Source: Williopsis jadinii (taxonomy: Eukaryota). From it: 64,000 bases of DNA. The DNA lies in assembly GCA_024346625.1 (NCBI GenBank), contig AP024668.1, positions 310,001-374,000 on the forward strand, read 5' to 3'. Every line of letters starts with the position of its first letter. Position 1 is the first letter of the stretch. The translations under genes were made by a program, and so were the position numbers. Below the pieces are notes generated by a model. It had not been told where the DNA came from. It made no database searches and saw only the letters and a program-made list of their open reading frames with translations. Shown piece after piece: positions 21,112-32,763 of this stretch.

Positions 21112-23217
21112 ATGAGCTCACACCAACAAGCTCACACTACAAACACAACAACAGCCATGATGAAGTGGCCAGCAGGGAAGGTCAAGCTCGTGTTTGTCAA
21201 ATCGAAGGTGTACGTGCATCCGTCCAGAAGAGCCCAGGACAACATCTGTGGGTTCCTCTACCTCTACGCGGAACAGGGCTCCACGGACTCAGACTTGGTT
21301 GTGGGCTGGGTGCCAGAGTCGTTCCTAGCAGCTGATGAGCTTGAGCAGTTCAAGCAGGCAGACGTCAGTGCCTCTGGTGAGGTGTTCTTCGTGAGAAGGC
21401 CCAGCACTGGTGGGTCCTTCAGCTGGCAAGTGCCGCTCAGGGCGGTCTTCAGCATCCAACATCGCCCTCCGAGCTTGGGGACGATGAACGGCAGCTTGTT
21501 GTTCAATACGAGATCCTCCGAGGAGAAGCTGCCCTGGATGTTCTTCCACGACGTTGAGTGTCCCTCGACACAGGCCTCTGAGCGCCAACGAGTCAAGGAC
21601 TTCAACGTGTTTGGCGTGGGGACCGAGTTGTTCTGGGGAGGTGCGCAGTTCCTGGAGGAACTCGGGAAGCACTGCGTATTGGAGAGGTCAACTCTTGAGA
21701 ACAGCGTGCTCTTGGTGAATCCTACGCAGGAAGACTTGAACAACTTCAGCCCAACGAACGTTGAGAAGCCTCAGTATGGGCTGAAGAACTTTTCACAGGC
21801 GGTGAGTGAGGCCCGCTGGAACGTGCTACAGGCATTGGCAAGAGTGACGACTTTTGCCAGAAGCCACGTGAATGGTGCTATAAGGGACTCGTCTACTCTC
21901 AAGTCGTTGCTCGTCCATCCTGAGGTGCAAAAGGTCAATGAGGACTTTGATTCTGCCAGGATCTACCTTGCCAAATGGGCCCTGGGAGTCCAGGAGGAGG
22001 CAGACCGTAATCGTGCTCAGATGCTGTTGAACGAGGAGATGAGACAGAAGCTATACAAGGAAATGGGGATTGATTGTAACAAGCTGTCTCCTGAGGAGAT
22101 CCAGAAGGCCCATGAGAACAGCAGGCCCGTTTCTCTGTTGGAATGGAGTGGATTTTTCGATTCTACGGGCAGATTGGCTATTACTGTTGACGAGCTCAAG
22201 GACCGTGTGTTCCATGGTGGATTGGCCCCTGAAGCACGACCGGAGGCATGGCCTTTCCTCCTGGGAGTGTATCCGTGGGATTCATCGTCACAGGAGAGAG
22301 ACGATCTACACAAGGTTATGGTGTTACAGTACGACATGCTAAAGTCGAGATGGCTGCCAAAGCTCACGGACGAACACGACGAATACTTTAAGGACCAGAA
22401 GTTCAGGATTGATAAGGATGTTCAACGCACAGATCGTTCCATGGATCTGTTCAAAGACGAGGATTTACCTCCATCCGATGACTATGATAACGACGACGTT
22501 GCCAACATCAAGAACCACCACTTGCAGAAACTTCAGAGCATCTTGTTGACGTTTAACGAGTACAATGACAAGTTGGGCTACGTGCAAGGCATGAACGATC
22601 TACTCTCGCCTATCTATGTGATCTTGCAGGATGAGGTGCTTTCATTCTGGTGTTTTACCAAGTTTATGGACCGAATGGAGCGTAATTTCCTCAGTGATCA
22701 GCGTGGAATGAAAGATCAGATGACCACGCTCAACGAGCTTACCCAATTCATGCTTCCAGAGTTCTACATCCATTTGGAGAAGTGTGACTCTTCAAACCTC
22801 TTCTTCATGTTCCGTATGTTGTTGGTATGGTTCAAAAGAGAATTCAGCTGGATTGATACGGTGCATCTATGGGAAGTGCTATGGACCGATTTCTACTCCT
22901 CACAGTTCCACCTCTTCGTCTCATTGGCTATACTACAGAAGCACGAGAGGATCGTCATGGCACATCTGACGCAGTTTGACCAAGTGTTGAAGTATTTCAA
23001 CGAGCTGAATGAGTCTCAGACCGTGGGCTTCAAGTTGAACGAGTTGCTAACCAGGGCAGAGCTACTCTTTTTGAAGTTTAGAAACACAGTGAGTGTGATG
23101 GATACCTACAGCTCGACCGATGATGGCAGTGCCAAATCGCCCATCGACGACCACTTGAGGAAGCTCCTCTCACGTGAGCTCGTCATCCAGAAGGAACTAC
23201 AGAGAGTGAATGGCTAA
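21112..23217 (+). CDS. GYP7: Rab GTPase-activating protein (TBC domain)
   Basis: VKLVFVKSKVYVHP N-terminus, FWGG, IDKDVQRTDR (Arg finger), GYVQGMNDLLSP (Gln finger); start could be 21157. Confidence 0.93.
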   Translation: MSSHQQAHTTNTTTAMMKWPAGKVKLVFVKSKVYVHPSRRAQDNICGFLYLYAEQGSTDSDLVVGWVPESFLAADELEQFKQADVSASGEVFFVRRPSTGGSFSWQVPLRAVFSIQHRPPSLGTMNGSLLFNTRSSEEKLPWMFFHDVECPSTQASERQRVKDFNVFGVGTELFWGGAQFLEELGKHCVLERSTLENSVLLVNPTQEDLNNFSPTNVEKPQYGLKNFSQAVSEARWNVLQALARVTTFARSHVNGAIRDSSTLKSLLVHPEVQKVNEDFDSARIYLAKWALGVQEEADRNRAQMLLNEEMRQKLYKEMGIDCNKLSPEEIQKAHENSRPVSLLEWSGFFDSTGRLAITVDELKDRVFHGGLAPEARPEAWPFLLGVYPWDSSSQERDDLHKVMVLQYDMLKSRWLPKLTDEHDEYFKDQKFRIDKDVQRTDRSMDLFKDEDLPPSDDYDNDDVANIKNHHLQKLQSILLTFNEYNDKLGYVQGMNDLLSPIYVILQDEVLSFWCFTKFMDRMERNFLSDQRGMKDQMTTLNELTQFMLPEFYIHLEKCDSSNLFFMFRMLLVWFKREFSWIDTVHLWEVLWTDFYSSQFHLFVSLAILQKHERIVMAHLTQFDQVLKYFNELNESQTVGFKLNELLTRAELLFLKFRNTVSVMDTYSSTDDGSAKSPIDDHLRKLLSRELVIQKELQRVNG

Positions 23218-23247
23218 TTCACCAATATACGAAGATATGATCATGTT

Positions 23248-24099
23248 TCAGCAATCCACTTGGTGCAAAGTTTCGGTACCGTCTTTATCGATGACCAAGC
23301 AACTGAGCTGACCACCGTAGACACAGCTGGAGTCCAAGCCTTTTGAATACTTCTTCAGTTGAAGCCCTGCTCTAGCAAAATGCCCATAGTAGATCACGTT
23401 TCGCTCATGCTTAGGCAGAGTCTTCTGGAGTTGATTCCAGGAGTGATACCAATCTTTGTCCATAGCGAGCAGATCAGAAACCTGTTGCTTATCCAAGGGC
23501 TGGGACTCAACAACGCCCATGTGTGAACATATACCAACACCCTTGATGTTCAACACGACCGGCAACCTCACCAGGTAATGGATATCCTCTGGAGTCAGTT
23601 TCCTAGCAATTTGCAGCTCGTTATCATACTTTCCCACGTGCTTGTCCAGTTTGAACACCTCTTCATCTTCGAACATCAGAGGTCGAAAGCTCTGGTATTT
23701 GCTCAGGATGTTGAGCTCGTGGTTGCCCAGCACACCGGTGGCATTGGCCTCCCTTGCCCATTTCATAACTCCAAGTGAGTCTGGTCCTCTTGATAGGAAG
23801 TCTCCCAGCAGGACCACCTTGTCAGTGGTGTTATCATAGTGGACTGTGTCCAGCAGCCTCATAAGCTGGTCAAAACACCCGTGGACGTCTCCAACCAGTA
23901 TGAGCCTCTCATGCTGTGGCTCCCAGACGTCGTACTTCACCAGCGAGGGCAGCTCAACCAGTGGAGGAGAATACATTGGCAGCACGATGAAGACATAAAC
24001 CATTATTGGCAGAGCAATGAGAGCACTTACCCAAATTGTACGGCTTGCAAGTATACTCCTGGCCCCTGTGTCTAATTGTTCATAGTCCTGTCTATTCAT
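23248..24099 (-). CDS. PPN2: Membrane-anchored metallophosphoesterase (Ppn2-like endopolyphosphatase)
   Basis: N-terminal TM segment, VGDVHG, LLGDFLSRGPDS, GNHE, YGH, GLDSSCVYGGQL. Confidence 0.8.
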   Translation of the reverse strand: MNRQDYEQLDTGARSILASRTIWVSALIALPIMVYVFIVLPMYSPPLVELPSLVKYDVWEPQHERLILVGDVHGCFDQLMRLLDTVHYDNTTDKVVLLGDFLSRGPDSLGVMKWAREANATGVLGNHELNILSKYQSFRPLMFEDEEVFKLDKHVGKYDNELQIARKLTPEDIHYLVRLPVVLNIKGVGICSHMGVVESQPLDKQQVSDLLAMDKDWYHSWNQLQKTLPKHERNVIYYGHFARAGLQLKKYSKGLDSSCVYGGQLSCLVIDKDGTETLHQVDC

Positions 24100-24333
24100 C
24101 TTGATCGGCCAGAGGTATTGGAGCCAGAGGTTATGGAGTAATAGACAAGAAGAAGTGGAAGTAGAGCCCCATGAGAGCTTTCTGGTTGCACGGGAAGCCA
24201 GCACCGCGAAGCCAGCGCCTATGTGCCAGGATTAATGTACCAATCTGGAATATTTCCTAATTAGGCAACCACGTCTCACTCTACAATGCTATGGTAGTAT
24301 TATTCCATTAAGCCGTTACAAACAGCGTGCTGC

Positions 24334-25239
24334 TTACATTATCGTGCAGTCCTTATCATCCTTCACACTCTTGGAGAGCCTCTTGGTATGCCTTGACTGT
24401 GAGAGGTTCGAGTGAGCATGTGTCTGGTATTCATTATGGGATGAGCTGTGTGATTCCTTCCGCAGCTGGCTGGGCAACGGCTTGCCCATCATGGTGTAGG
24501 AGGACTGGGATGCCAGTCTCGACTGTGGCTGATGCTGTGCACTGTGGTTGACGTTATACAGGGACGACGTGGAGGTTGTTGAAGCTGATCTCTGGTCGAA
24601 TAGCGTGGTGGACGAGTTCATCGTCACCTGAGTGCTGGTTCTCTCCAGCACGGCGTACATGTCACTGTTCAGCTTCTCCACCCTCAGAATCGGATCAATG
24701 CCACCCTGCAATATGGAATTCGCAAGATACGTGTAGAGACGAGCCCAGCACCTCTCCATTGCCAGGGTCAAGCTGTGGCCAAAGCGATCCTGCACCGTCT
24801 TCAGAAACGCTGCGCCCATAAGTTCGAAGTGTGGTGGATCAATGCCGAGTATTCTTGCGTGTCTCTTGCCCAGGTTGTTCAAATAGTCGTCCAATTTGTC
24901 GAGGTGGTCCAGGTTGATGATGGCAGTCGACAGCACCCCGGAAAACGACATGGCTTGGTGCTTTATGGAAGGGAACATCTTCTCCAGCTCAGGCTCCATG
25001 GCCATGAGGTTCGAGTAGAACTGGATGCAGAAGAGAGACGATGCGAACGAGCTCTGGTTGCCCTCCTTCGACAGGTCGTCGCTGATCATCTCCTTCCACG
25101 ACGAGCGAACCATCTCGATCTCCTGGGCAGTGAAGTGGAGACTGGGCTTCACGTTCGCCTGTGCATCGAACTGGACGTCAGAGGAGAGCGACTGTGTGGT
25201 GGTGGAGCGTGAGTGCGTACGTTGGATATCGGAGAGCAT
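24334..25239 (-). CDS. Single-domain globin-like hemoprotein (YNL234W-like) with C-terminal CaaX
   Basis: FCIQFYSNL...LEKMFPSIKHQA...LGKRHARILGIDPPHFELMGAAFLKT globin pattern; ends in CTIM. Confidence 0.8.
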   Translation of the reverse strand: MLSDIQRTHSRSTTTQSLSSDVQFDAQANVKPSLHFTAQEIEMVRSSWKEMISDDLSKEGNQSSFASSLFCIQFYSNLMAMEPELEKMFPSIKHQAMSFSGVLSTAIINLDHLDKLDDYLNNLGKRHARILGIDPPHFELMGAAFLKTVQDRFGHSLTLAMERCWARLYTYLANSILQGGIDPILRVEKLNSDMYAVLERTSTQVTMNSSTTLFDQRSASTTSTSSLYNVNHSAQHQPQSRLASQSSYTMMGKPLPSQLRKESHSSSHNEYQTHAHSNLSQSRHTKRLSKSVKDDKDCTIM

Positions 25240-26611
25240 GCTTCAAAGGCCAGGCAGTGGGATCAGTGGCACATCAGATAGCAAAGACATAGGAAGAAGT
25301 CCACGAGGATACAATCGCACCGACAGAGGCACATGTATAAATACCACACAACATTCCCTCCCACTTACAGTCGGCTCCCCCATGATAGAAGAAATCGTTC
25401 GATGAGGGAGTAAAAAAAAAACCTTACAAATTCTTGCGTCATTGAGGATCTGCAATGCACGCCTTTTCTGCCCCAACCGATAGCGTGCGTCTGGGTTTTT
25501 TATGCTTTCTCACAGGCTTTTGCCGGAATGCTAGTGGCTGAGTGGGAATGTTAGTGGATGGACAGGAAAAGGGGATGAACAAGGGGGGGGGGAGCATACA
25601 GGGCATGCGAAGAGGGTTTTCATTATGCCAATGAAGGATTCCATGACGGCACTCTGTGGTAACGCGGGCCTCCAAGCAGAGCGAAGACATGATGGATTTG
25701 GTGAAGAGCATTAGGCAAACCAGGTTATTATGGTGCATACAACGGCTGAGCCGGCGGAGGGCTACTTGTCCTTTTCTTTAGGCGAAAAAGGCCCCTTTTT
25801 CCTTCCGTGGTTGATGTCATGCCAGGTGCAACGTGCGACTTTTCACGTATGCCACTGAGTCGTATTAACACAGCATTGGCAGTACTTAGTAGCAAACCAA
25901 TGGGAGAGCTGGTTATGAGATAGATCACAAACCATCGATAAACAAGTACGTGTAGTGGCCTTTACATTGAGTCCTCTATCCAGTTTAGAGTTCTGGCTAA
26001 CGCCAAAAAATAGAGTTGACGCAGTTCCTGCAGCCACCGACATACAGATCACCAACCCAACAACCTGCCTAGGGAAGCGAAGAAGAGCACGGTGGGCTAG
26101 GCCTGGGATCAAGCAAATACACTTGGGAAGGGTGAGAGCAAACCGTACGCTGGCAGGCAGGGTTGTATCTCGCTGCGCGTTGTCAAGATCAAAACGCATC
26201 TCATATAAACGTAAAGCCCTCGAGGTAATTAGCTCAGTTGTTAGCAAAATAGCCTTTTTTCGTGCTTCAATGCAACTAATAAAAGGTTTTCCACGATAAG
26301 CCCATCATACAAGCTTCATCTCCTCTGTTCTGTCTTTCTTGGGGGGGGGAGGGGGGGTTCCTTGACACACTGCTGGTTTGCCTCATGCCCTGCGCATAGA
26401 GCTTCGAATTTCACCATGATGACTTTGCAAGCTGTGGGAATGTATACCGTTTCCAAATCCCCTTTCCGGAAGGAGAGATTTTTTGAACAACGGTTCTTTT
26501 CCCTTTCTCTTTGCCATGACAACGCTCCTTGATGGAGCGCATACGCTTACAGTGTTCCACTTTAGACTACATCCTTTACTGCACGATAAAAAACTTTAAC
26601 CAATGTATAGT

Positions 26612-29229
26612 TCATAATGAACACTCATCACCACTTAAGTACGCCCAACAACTACCACACAGACACGTTCTGTTATACGCAACGGGCCAGTGGTTTGTGG
26701 ACCCGGTGATGCCCTTTCCCATTATGTAAAAAACGTCATCGTTATCGCCACGGATGTACTCACAACGTAAACATCTCTTCAATTTCTCCTTGTTCGTAAT
26801 AACCATCTTGGTGACATCATCAATGAGGTCAGTGCTGAGATCAATCACGATAGGAACTGGGTCATCATTGCTCAATAAAACCTTTGATGGGATAGTGTTA
26901 GGTGCAACGTCCAGTTTTAACCATCTGGTATCATGAAAGAACAACTCTGAAAGTGGGTGTTCCTCATAGTGCTGTTGGAAAAGAGAGAGTAGTCGACTGT
27001 CCAACCCTGCAAAGTTACCAGTAAGTTTACATTCGAAAACCATCGCTTGTTCCACTGATAGACGGTTCTCCTTCTCTTGTGGAATCAACGTTTCAATCTG
27101 CATCAAAAATTTCTCAAAATGTTCCAATTCTACAAGTTCCAGCAGACTCTTGAACCTTTCAGCACTTTTCTGCAAAATCTCAACGTTTAGAGAACTTGGT
27201 CTCGGTGTTTGCATGTGTTGTTCCATAACTTTGGTCAAAACACCATCAATCTTCTTCACACCCGCAAGACTGTAAATCAACAAGCTTCTTGGAACGGTAC
27301 TCAACAGCAATGTGACAATAATGGATTCATGGCCAGAGCTTTGAGAGAGTTTCATCAGTTCTTGAATAGTGAAAATGACAAAATCTATAAGCCAGTTTAT
27401 CGTCCCCACTGTACTGAGAACACTCTCAGATCTATATACACCATCAATCAATGATTCACTAACGCCCTTATTGACAATCCTCTGCTGTTGGTGGAAGAGT
27501 GTGCGTAGTGTAACCATGATACTGAAGGAGATTAATCTCAAGTTCAATATTGCCAATGCAATTGTACTCTGCTGATTTGTAGGAAGAAATTTACCCAAGG
27601 AATATTGCAAAGATAACAGCTTTTGCATAGGTGGGTTCACCAACAATCGATCTATCTGCTCTTTAGAAATATCAAGGGTAAAGTTTAATGACCTATGACT
27701 TTCCTTTAAAGTTGTAACAATGATTTCATACCTTAGCTCTGGGTCGAGTTTTGAAAACTCATTCAGTATCAGCGCTATCAACTCATCAGCAATGGTATTC
27801 GTGTAACAAGCGGAGCAGAAGAGGTATGCAATCCCAGATGACATCTTTAGGATATCTTTTGCATCCCATGCATTCTGAGATTTCCTCACAACTGGGTGGA
27901 ATTCAAGCACACCAGAGGTTAAACTGACAAAGCCAGCCATCGACGGACACACTGCGATACAATCAGGGTTAGTCTCTGTAACTGGAAATTCAAATCCACA
28001 ATCCAACAGAGAACTCATCGTTGAAGATGCACCGATGTGCAATTGTAAATTCTTTCTCGAACGGAGATGAACTCTTCCAGCAGATGAGGTGACAATCACG
28101 TTCATGTCGAAGTTTTTCAATTCGATATCCAGGAGTTCCCCATCGAGGTAGTCTTCAGCCTTTAACACCAAATTTGGAAACCCTTCAACGGTACCACCAT
28201 CCGTCTTAAACCTTAGATCTTTGTAAACAGTTGATATTTGGTACTTTTGTAACAACGTACGATTGTTACAACCAATGCCTTTAAACGCAATCAAGATATC
28301 CAAGTCAGTATCCATGGAGTAATTCGGACTTATAACTTCTATTTGATCCAATTCCATGGTTAGGCCGTTTGAACCAATTTTATTCAATCTCTCCATGAGT
28401 AATTTCTCCACTTTGAAATTGGGCTCACATGATTTCAAATTCCACGACACCGAGAGTTTATAAACCTTTAAGGATTGGTCCTTTGGACAATAGCACACCA
28501 CAACCACATCTCCATCCCTTAAGAAGCCGATACTTGCCTGGCTAACCCATTCCCTTTCAGGTTCTAACAGTATTCTATGCTTCTTAAACTCCATTGTGAT
28601 TCCCTGGTAGTAGAAGTCTACAGAACCGTCCCTTCTTGCAATGAAACACCCAGACTTGCCGTTTGGATGAAGAAACCCATACGGTTTATACTGGTGTACC
28701 GAATAGTTATACCTATTCTGTTCTTCGCTGAACACCGCCGGCGAACTCGAAATCACAGGCTTATCCACGTTAATCCACTTGAAGGCAACACATTTGGACA
28801 AGCTCTCATCCTCACAGCGTCCAGCATCGTCCTGGTAAAGGATCTCAACGTCCTCAAAGCACGAAAGCTGGTGCACGTTACCGTTCTTAACGATTCCTGT
28901 ACCCAATATTGAAACTCCTCCAACCTGGTCAACAACCAGCAAATCCGCACCAGAGGGGGACCACACAACAACCTGGATCGGCTTACAGCTCACCTGTGAG
29001 GCTGTTTTGATCTCGTAGCTCTTCTTCGACGACAGTCTCCACGACTGCCCTCTCAGCGACTCCAGCTTTGATATCGATAAGTTCGTGGAGGAAGTATGGT
29101 GTGCAAACGCGATGAACCCATTCTTCGACCAACTTATAGGGCTTGAAAACAAGGTGTTAGTACAATCATAGGGCAGGAAACGAGTGAATAAACCCACTTT
29201 GAGCACCGATCTCTGCGTATTATCGTCAT
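26612..29229 (-). CDS. SIN4: Mediator subunit Med16, two exons (29229-29198 and 29141-26612)
   Basis: ISWSKNGFIAF N-terminus, LQKLLSLQ, C-terminal CLRC...CLCGSCW; spliced start MTIIRRDRCSN|PISW. Confidence 0.85.
29142..29197 (-). other. Spliceosomal intron, 56 nt (SIN4)
   Basis: GTGGGT donor, TACTAAC branch (plus strand gttagta 29156-29162), AAG acceptor; splicing supplies the otherwise missing ATG in frame. Confidence 0.75.
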
Positions 29230-29484
29230 CTTTCCTCTGACAAATGAGGGAGATGGAACGGTTTGTTTGTTGTTTATATTTATAATCAACGGTTTTGTGG
29301 TTCTTTTTTCTGGGTTTTGATGGGCGGCTAATTATGAAGCTCGGGGAAAAACGCTCTAAACTACCCGATTAGGGGAATTACCGAAAGAGGAAATAAGTAT
29401 ACACTGCGTCGGACTGCGTTTACGTCTACAGATGAATCATTAACAAGCAACAAATATATTCTTACGGAGATATACAATTACAGA

Positions 29485-31080
29485 CTACTTGACAAGGTTC
29501 TTCTCGCCGAGGGTGAGCTCGGTCTTGACAATTTCGTCATCCACAGAGAGCTCGTCAGAGGATTTGTCAGATACGTCAAGCTCGTAACGAAGATCGCTCT
29601 TGTGCTGTTTCTTAGCGAGGTAGAAGATGACGTAGAACAAGATCTGGCCAATGAACACGAATCCCAGGTTAATGGACCATCCCATGAGGAACCGTGGCGA
29701 GTGCTTCAGATTCCATTGCAGAGGAATGGTCCAGGCCTGAGTAGCGTAGGAGTAAGAGTTCATCAGGGCTAAGATCAACCCCTTCTTCTCGGCACTGTCT
29801 TTACAGATGATCGCAGCCCAGGAGTACCAGGACGGTGCCAGGCCATACCACACAGTGGAGAGGAAGAAACCCACAAACTTGAGACCCTGAGGAACATTCC
29901 ACACGATGAGAATAATGTTCGAGAAGTACTCAATAATGAAACAAACCATCGTTATGTTAAACCTTCCGTAGACGTCACACAGTGTCGGGACGAGAAGCAT
30001 GGAGACAGAACCGATTGCCGCACTAACTGTCGGAATGTTGTTTCTATCAGCGACACTGTAGCCTTCACTCTTCAAATACAGGGAGAAAGCAGAGGAGTAT
30101 GTGATTTGGTGATGGACAATCCACAAGAATGGTAGCAAAATGAACTCCCAGGAGAAGATAATCTTCTTGAAAGTAGCTGCATCCCAGGACTTTGATTGGA
30201 CAACCTTGTGCTCCTTCAGTCTTCTTCTGGCAAACACCAGGTCGTCATGTCCTAGAATTGCATGTTTCTCGATATGATTTGGTGTACCAGGGAACACGAT
30301 GATACCATAGATGGTCACCACTGCGGTGATAAGACCATCAATGATGAACTGCCAACGCCAGCCTTCAAGGCCATTTCTACCGTTCAAGGAGCTGTGAGCC
30401 CCACTTTGGATATAACCAGCAACCATGGTACCAACACCAGAACAGAAGTTATAGAAACCTGCCCTTCTAGACAATTCCTCAGGCGTGTACCAACTTGAGA
30501 TGATATAGTACTGGCCTGGGAAAGATGCAGCTTCAGACAACCCAACAAAGAATCTAATGACGTAGATGTGCTCAGCAGTATGGACAGCAGCATTGGCAAA
30601 AGTACAGATACCCCAGATCGACTCGCACACAATCAAGAGCCAACGAGCCCAGCCCTTTTTGGTGATGAAGAACATCGCAGGAATCTGCCCAACACAGTAA
30701 CCGATGTTGTAGAAAGTACTGAAGATATTCAGCTCATTACCGTTGAGGTTTAAATCTTCTTTCATACCAGTGACATAGGCATTGGTCAGGTTCATCTGAT
30801 CAAGATACTTTGTGAAGAAACTCAGCGCACAGAATAGTGTGACGGCAATGTCCACCTTGAAGACATGCCACTTCTCAAACTTTGAATAGTGAGAAGGGTA
30901 CCAGTCAAAGACGTAGATAAAGGCAAAGATCTTTTGCCATCTTCCATCACGCTTAGCGGGCTCGCCTCTCGTGACATCGATACTTTTATCTAAGAACTCA
31001 TCTGACAGGCTTTTAGAGGCCTCAGACTCATTGGTGATGAGATAGTTACCAAACTTCTTCAGTCCAGAGGTAATACCCAT
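29485..31080 (-). CDS. MFS anion:cation symporter family transporter (SEO1/FEN2/VHT1-like)
   Basis: KYLDQMNLTNAYVTGMKEDL, RFFVGLSEA, SWYTPEELSRR, LNGRNGLEGWRWQFIIDG. Confidence 0.9.
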   Translation of the reverse strand: MGITSGLKKFGNYLITNESEASKSLSDEFLDKSIDVTRGEPAKRDGRWQKIFAFIYVFDWYPSHYSKFEKWHVFKVDIAVTLFCALSFFTKYLDQMNLTNAYVTGMKEDLNLNGNELNIFSTFYNIGYCVGQIPAMFFITKKGWARWLLIVCESIWGICTFANAAVHTAEHIYVIRFFVGLSEAASFPGQYYIISSWYTPEELSRRAGFYNFCSGVGTMVAGYIQSGAHSSLNGRNGLEGWRWQFIIDGLITAVVTIYGIIVFPGTPNHIEKHAILGHDDLVFARRRLKEHKVVQSKSWDAATFKKIIFSWEFILLPFLWIVHHQITYSSAFSLYLKSEGYSVADRNNIPTVSAAIGSVSMLLVPTLCDVYGRFNITMVCFIIEYFSNIILIVWNVPQGLKFVGFFLSTVWYGLAPSWYSWAAIICKDSAEKKGLILALMNSYSYATQAWTIPLQWNLKHSPRFLMGWSINLGFVFIGQILFYVIFYLAKKQHKSDLRYELDVSDKSSDELSVDDEIVKTELTLGEKNLVK

Positions 31081-31699
31081 GATGCCTCACTGTAGTCTGC
31101 TACTACTGGTATAAGCTCTACAGCGACGTGAGAACTGCGACATAACGCTTGTCTTTATATACTTGGGGTCCAATAGAACCAAAATAATAATAAACCAATC
31201 TCTTCTGTGACCGACTGATCAGTCAGTGATTATACACAAGTCATATTCCTGTCCTTGGCCAAGCTTGGAAGCAGTGGCTTCTTCTCTTGTCGGGCTACTA
31301 AATAATTATGAGCGTTTTTGACTGTCGGTGTGGCGTTGAAGGAACAACAGAAAAGGGTAGAACCAAGCGCCTGAAGCAATGTGGAGCAAACGGAAGTTGG
31401 CCTCGATGTATCCCACTACAGTTTTGGAGTACGTGGGCCTCACTACGCTGTGTAGTGCTACTGCTATTTATCGCTTGGACCGGATTGGATGTTGAGCTAA
31501 ATCTGAACACGAAGGTACTCGTTTTACTGGGTCATATGCATGGCATTTGAGACATGTGGAGTGCTCACAATGTGGTGATTCATGTCATATGTACAAGTAC
31601 TGGAGCAATAGAGCTTACGTAGCTATAGCCTCCTAATCTAGAGTCGCCTGTATGTCACCATGGTGAGGCTCACACAACAGCTCATGCCATAAACGGAAA

Positions 31700-31912
31700 T
31701 GTAAACGACTTTCAGAGATCGGAGTGCAGAATTTGATTTGGTCTCCAGTATTTTGCACCTTTGGTTTCTTTGAGCATATGCCTAGGTGGCTCACGTCCAA
31801 TGACATCGATACTTTTATCCACGAATCCACCTGGAAGCTTGGACTCAGCGTTGTTGTTGATGATGAGGCAGGGACCAAACCTCTTGATCGCCAAGTCAAC
31901 GGAATTCGTCAT
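31700..31912 (-). pseudogene. 5' remnant of a tandem copy of the adjacent SEO1-like transporter
   Basis: AIKRFGPCLIINNNAESKLPGGFVDKSIDVIGREP aligns with GLKKFGNYLITNESEASKSLSDEFLDKSIDVTRGEP, then similarity decays. Confidence 0.65.
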
Positions 31913-32294
31913 TTCTTTGAAGCAGAGCCACTGCTCGGTGCTCAGAGGATACAAGCTTGACTGGAAAGAATCGGCTTTACCGACGAAACAATCAGCTTTA
32001 CCGACGAAACCATCGCTGGCCCCTGTATACACTCTACAATGTGTCCTTTATCTTCTATATAGCCTTGCCCACATATCGAGTGGTTTCCACAGCAACAATG
32101 GTACCGTCATCGCTGTCATCTTCAGCCCACCGAGACATGAAACCCGTCCATTCCACCAACGTAGGCACCCTGTAACAGCTCCTCCAATCCGACATTCCTT
32201 GATCCATGACAGTGGTGTAAATAGGTGCGTATGTCGGGATACGTGTCGGTGTGGCGTCTTTTAGCTAGTTTGTACTGAGAAGCGCGCGCATGTA

Positions 32295-32472
32295 CACAGT
32301 TTAACTCATTTATGTGCATAATTCAATTAACAATCAATTGCCAATTCCGCATCCATTGATTGCAATGTGGTGTAGTCTTATCTCTGTGGACATTTCAGCG
32401 TGACGAGTTGCCCATTGGGACCAATGGGCTCTCTTGAAGATGTTTCTGGTGTTTCTGGTGTTTAAACTGTGG
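32295..32472. promoter_or_regulatory. Met31/Met32-type AAACTGTG(G) sites in the divergent promoter
   Basis: CACAGTTT at 32295-32302 and AAACTGTGG at 32464-32472. Confidence 0.4.
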
Positions 32473-32763
32473 AAAGCTGTGTGTTGAGCTCTGCATATGC
32501 AACCCTGTGAAGAGTCGGACAGCAAATGTTCAGAAGCCTACAGATATCATGAAGACGTGGATATACTATACAGGTGCTTTAAAAGCCCTCATGCTGTATC
32601 CTAAATAGGCGAATTAGACGATACACACAGTGAAATGTAGGTGAAATGGCAGTTCCTTTAGTAGCTGAGAAAATATTCGCTTTGAGGATGACCTTTGACC
32701 AACCACTTGGTGTTCTCTTCTGGTGTTCTCTTCTGGTATATGGTAGAGAAATAAGTCTTCACC

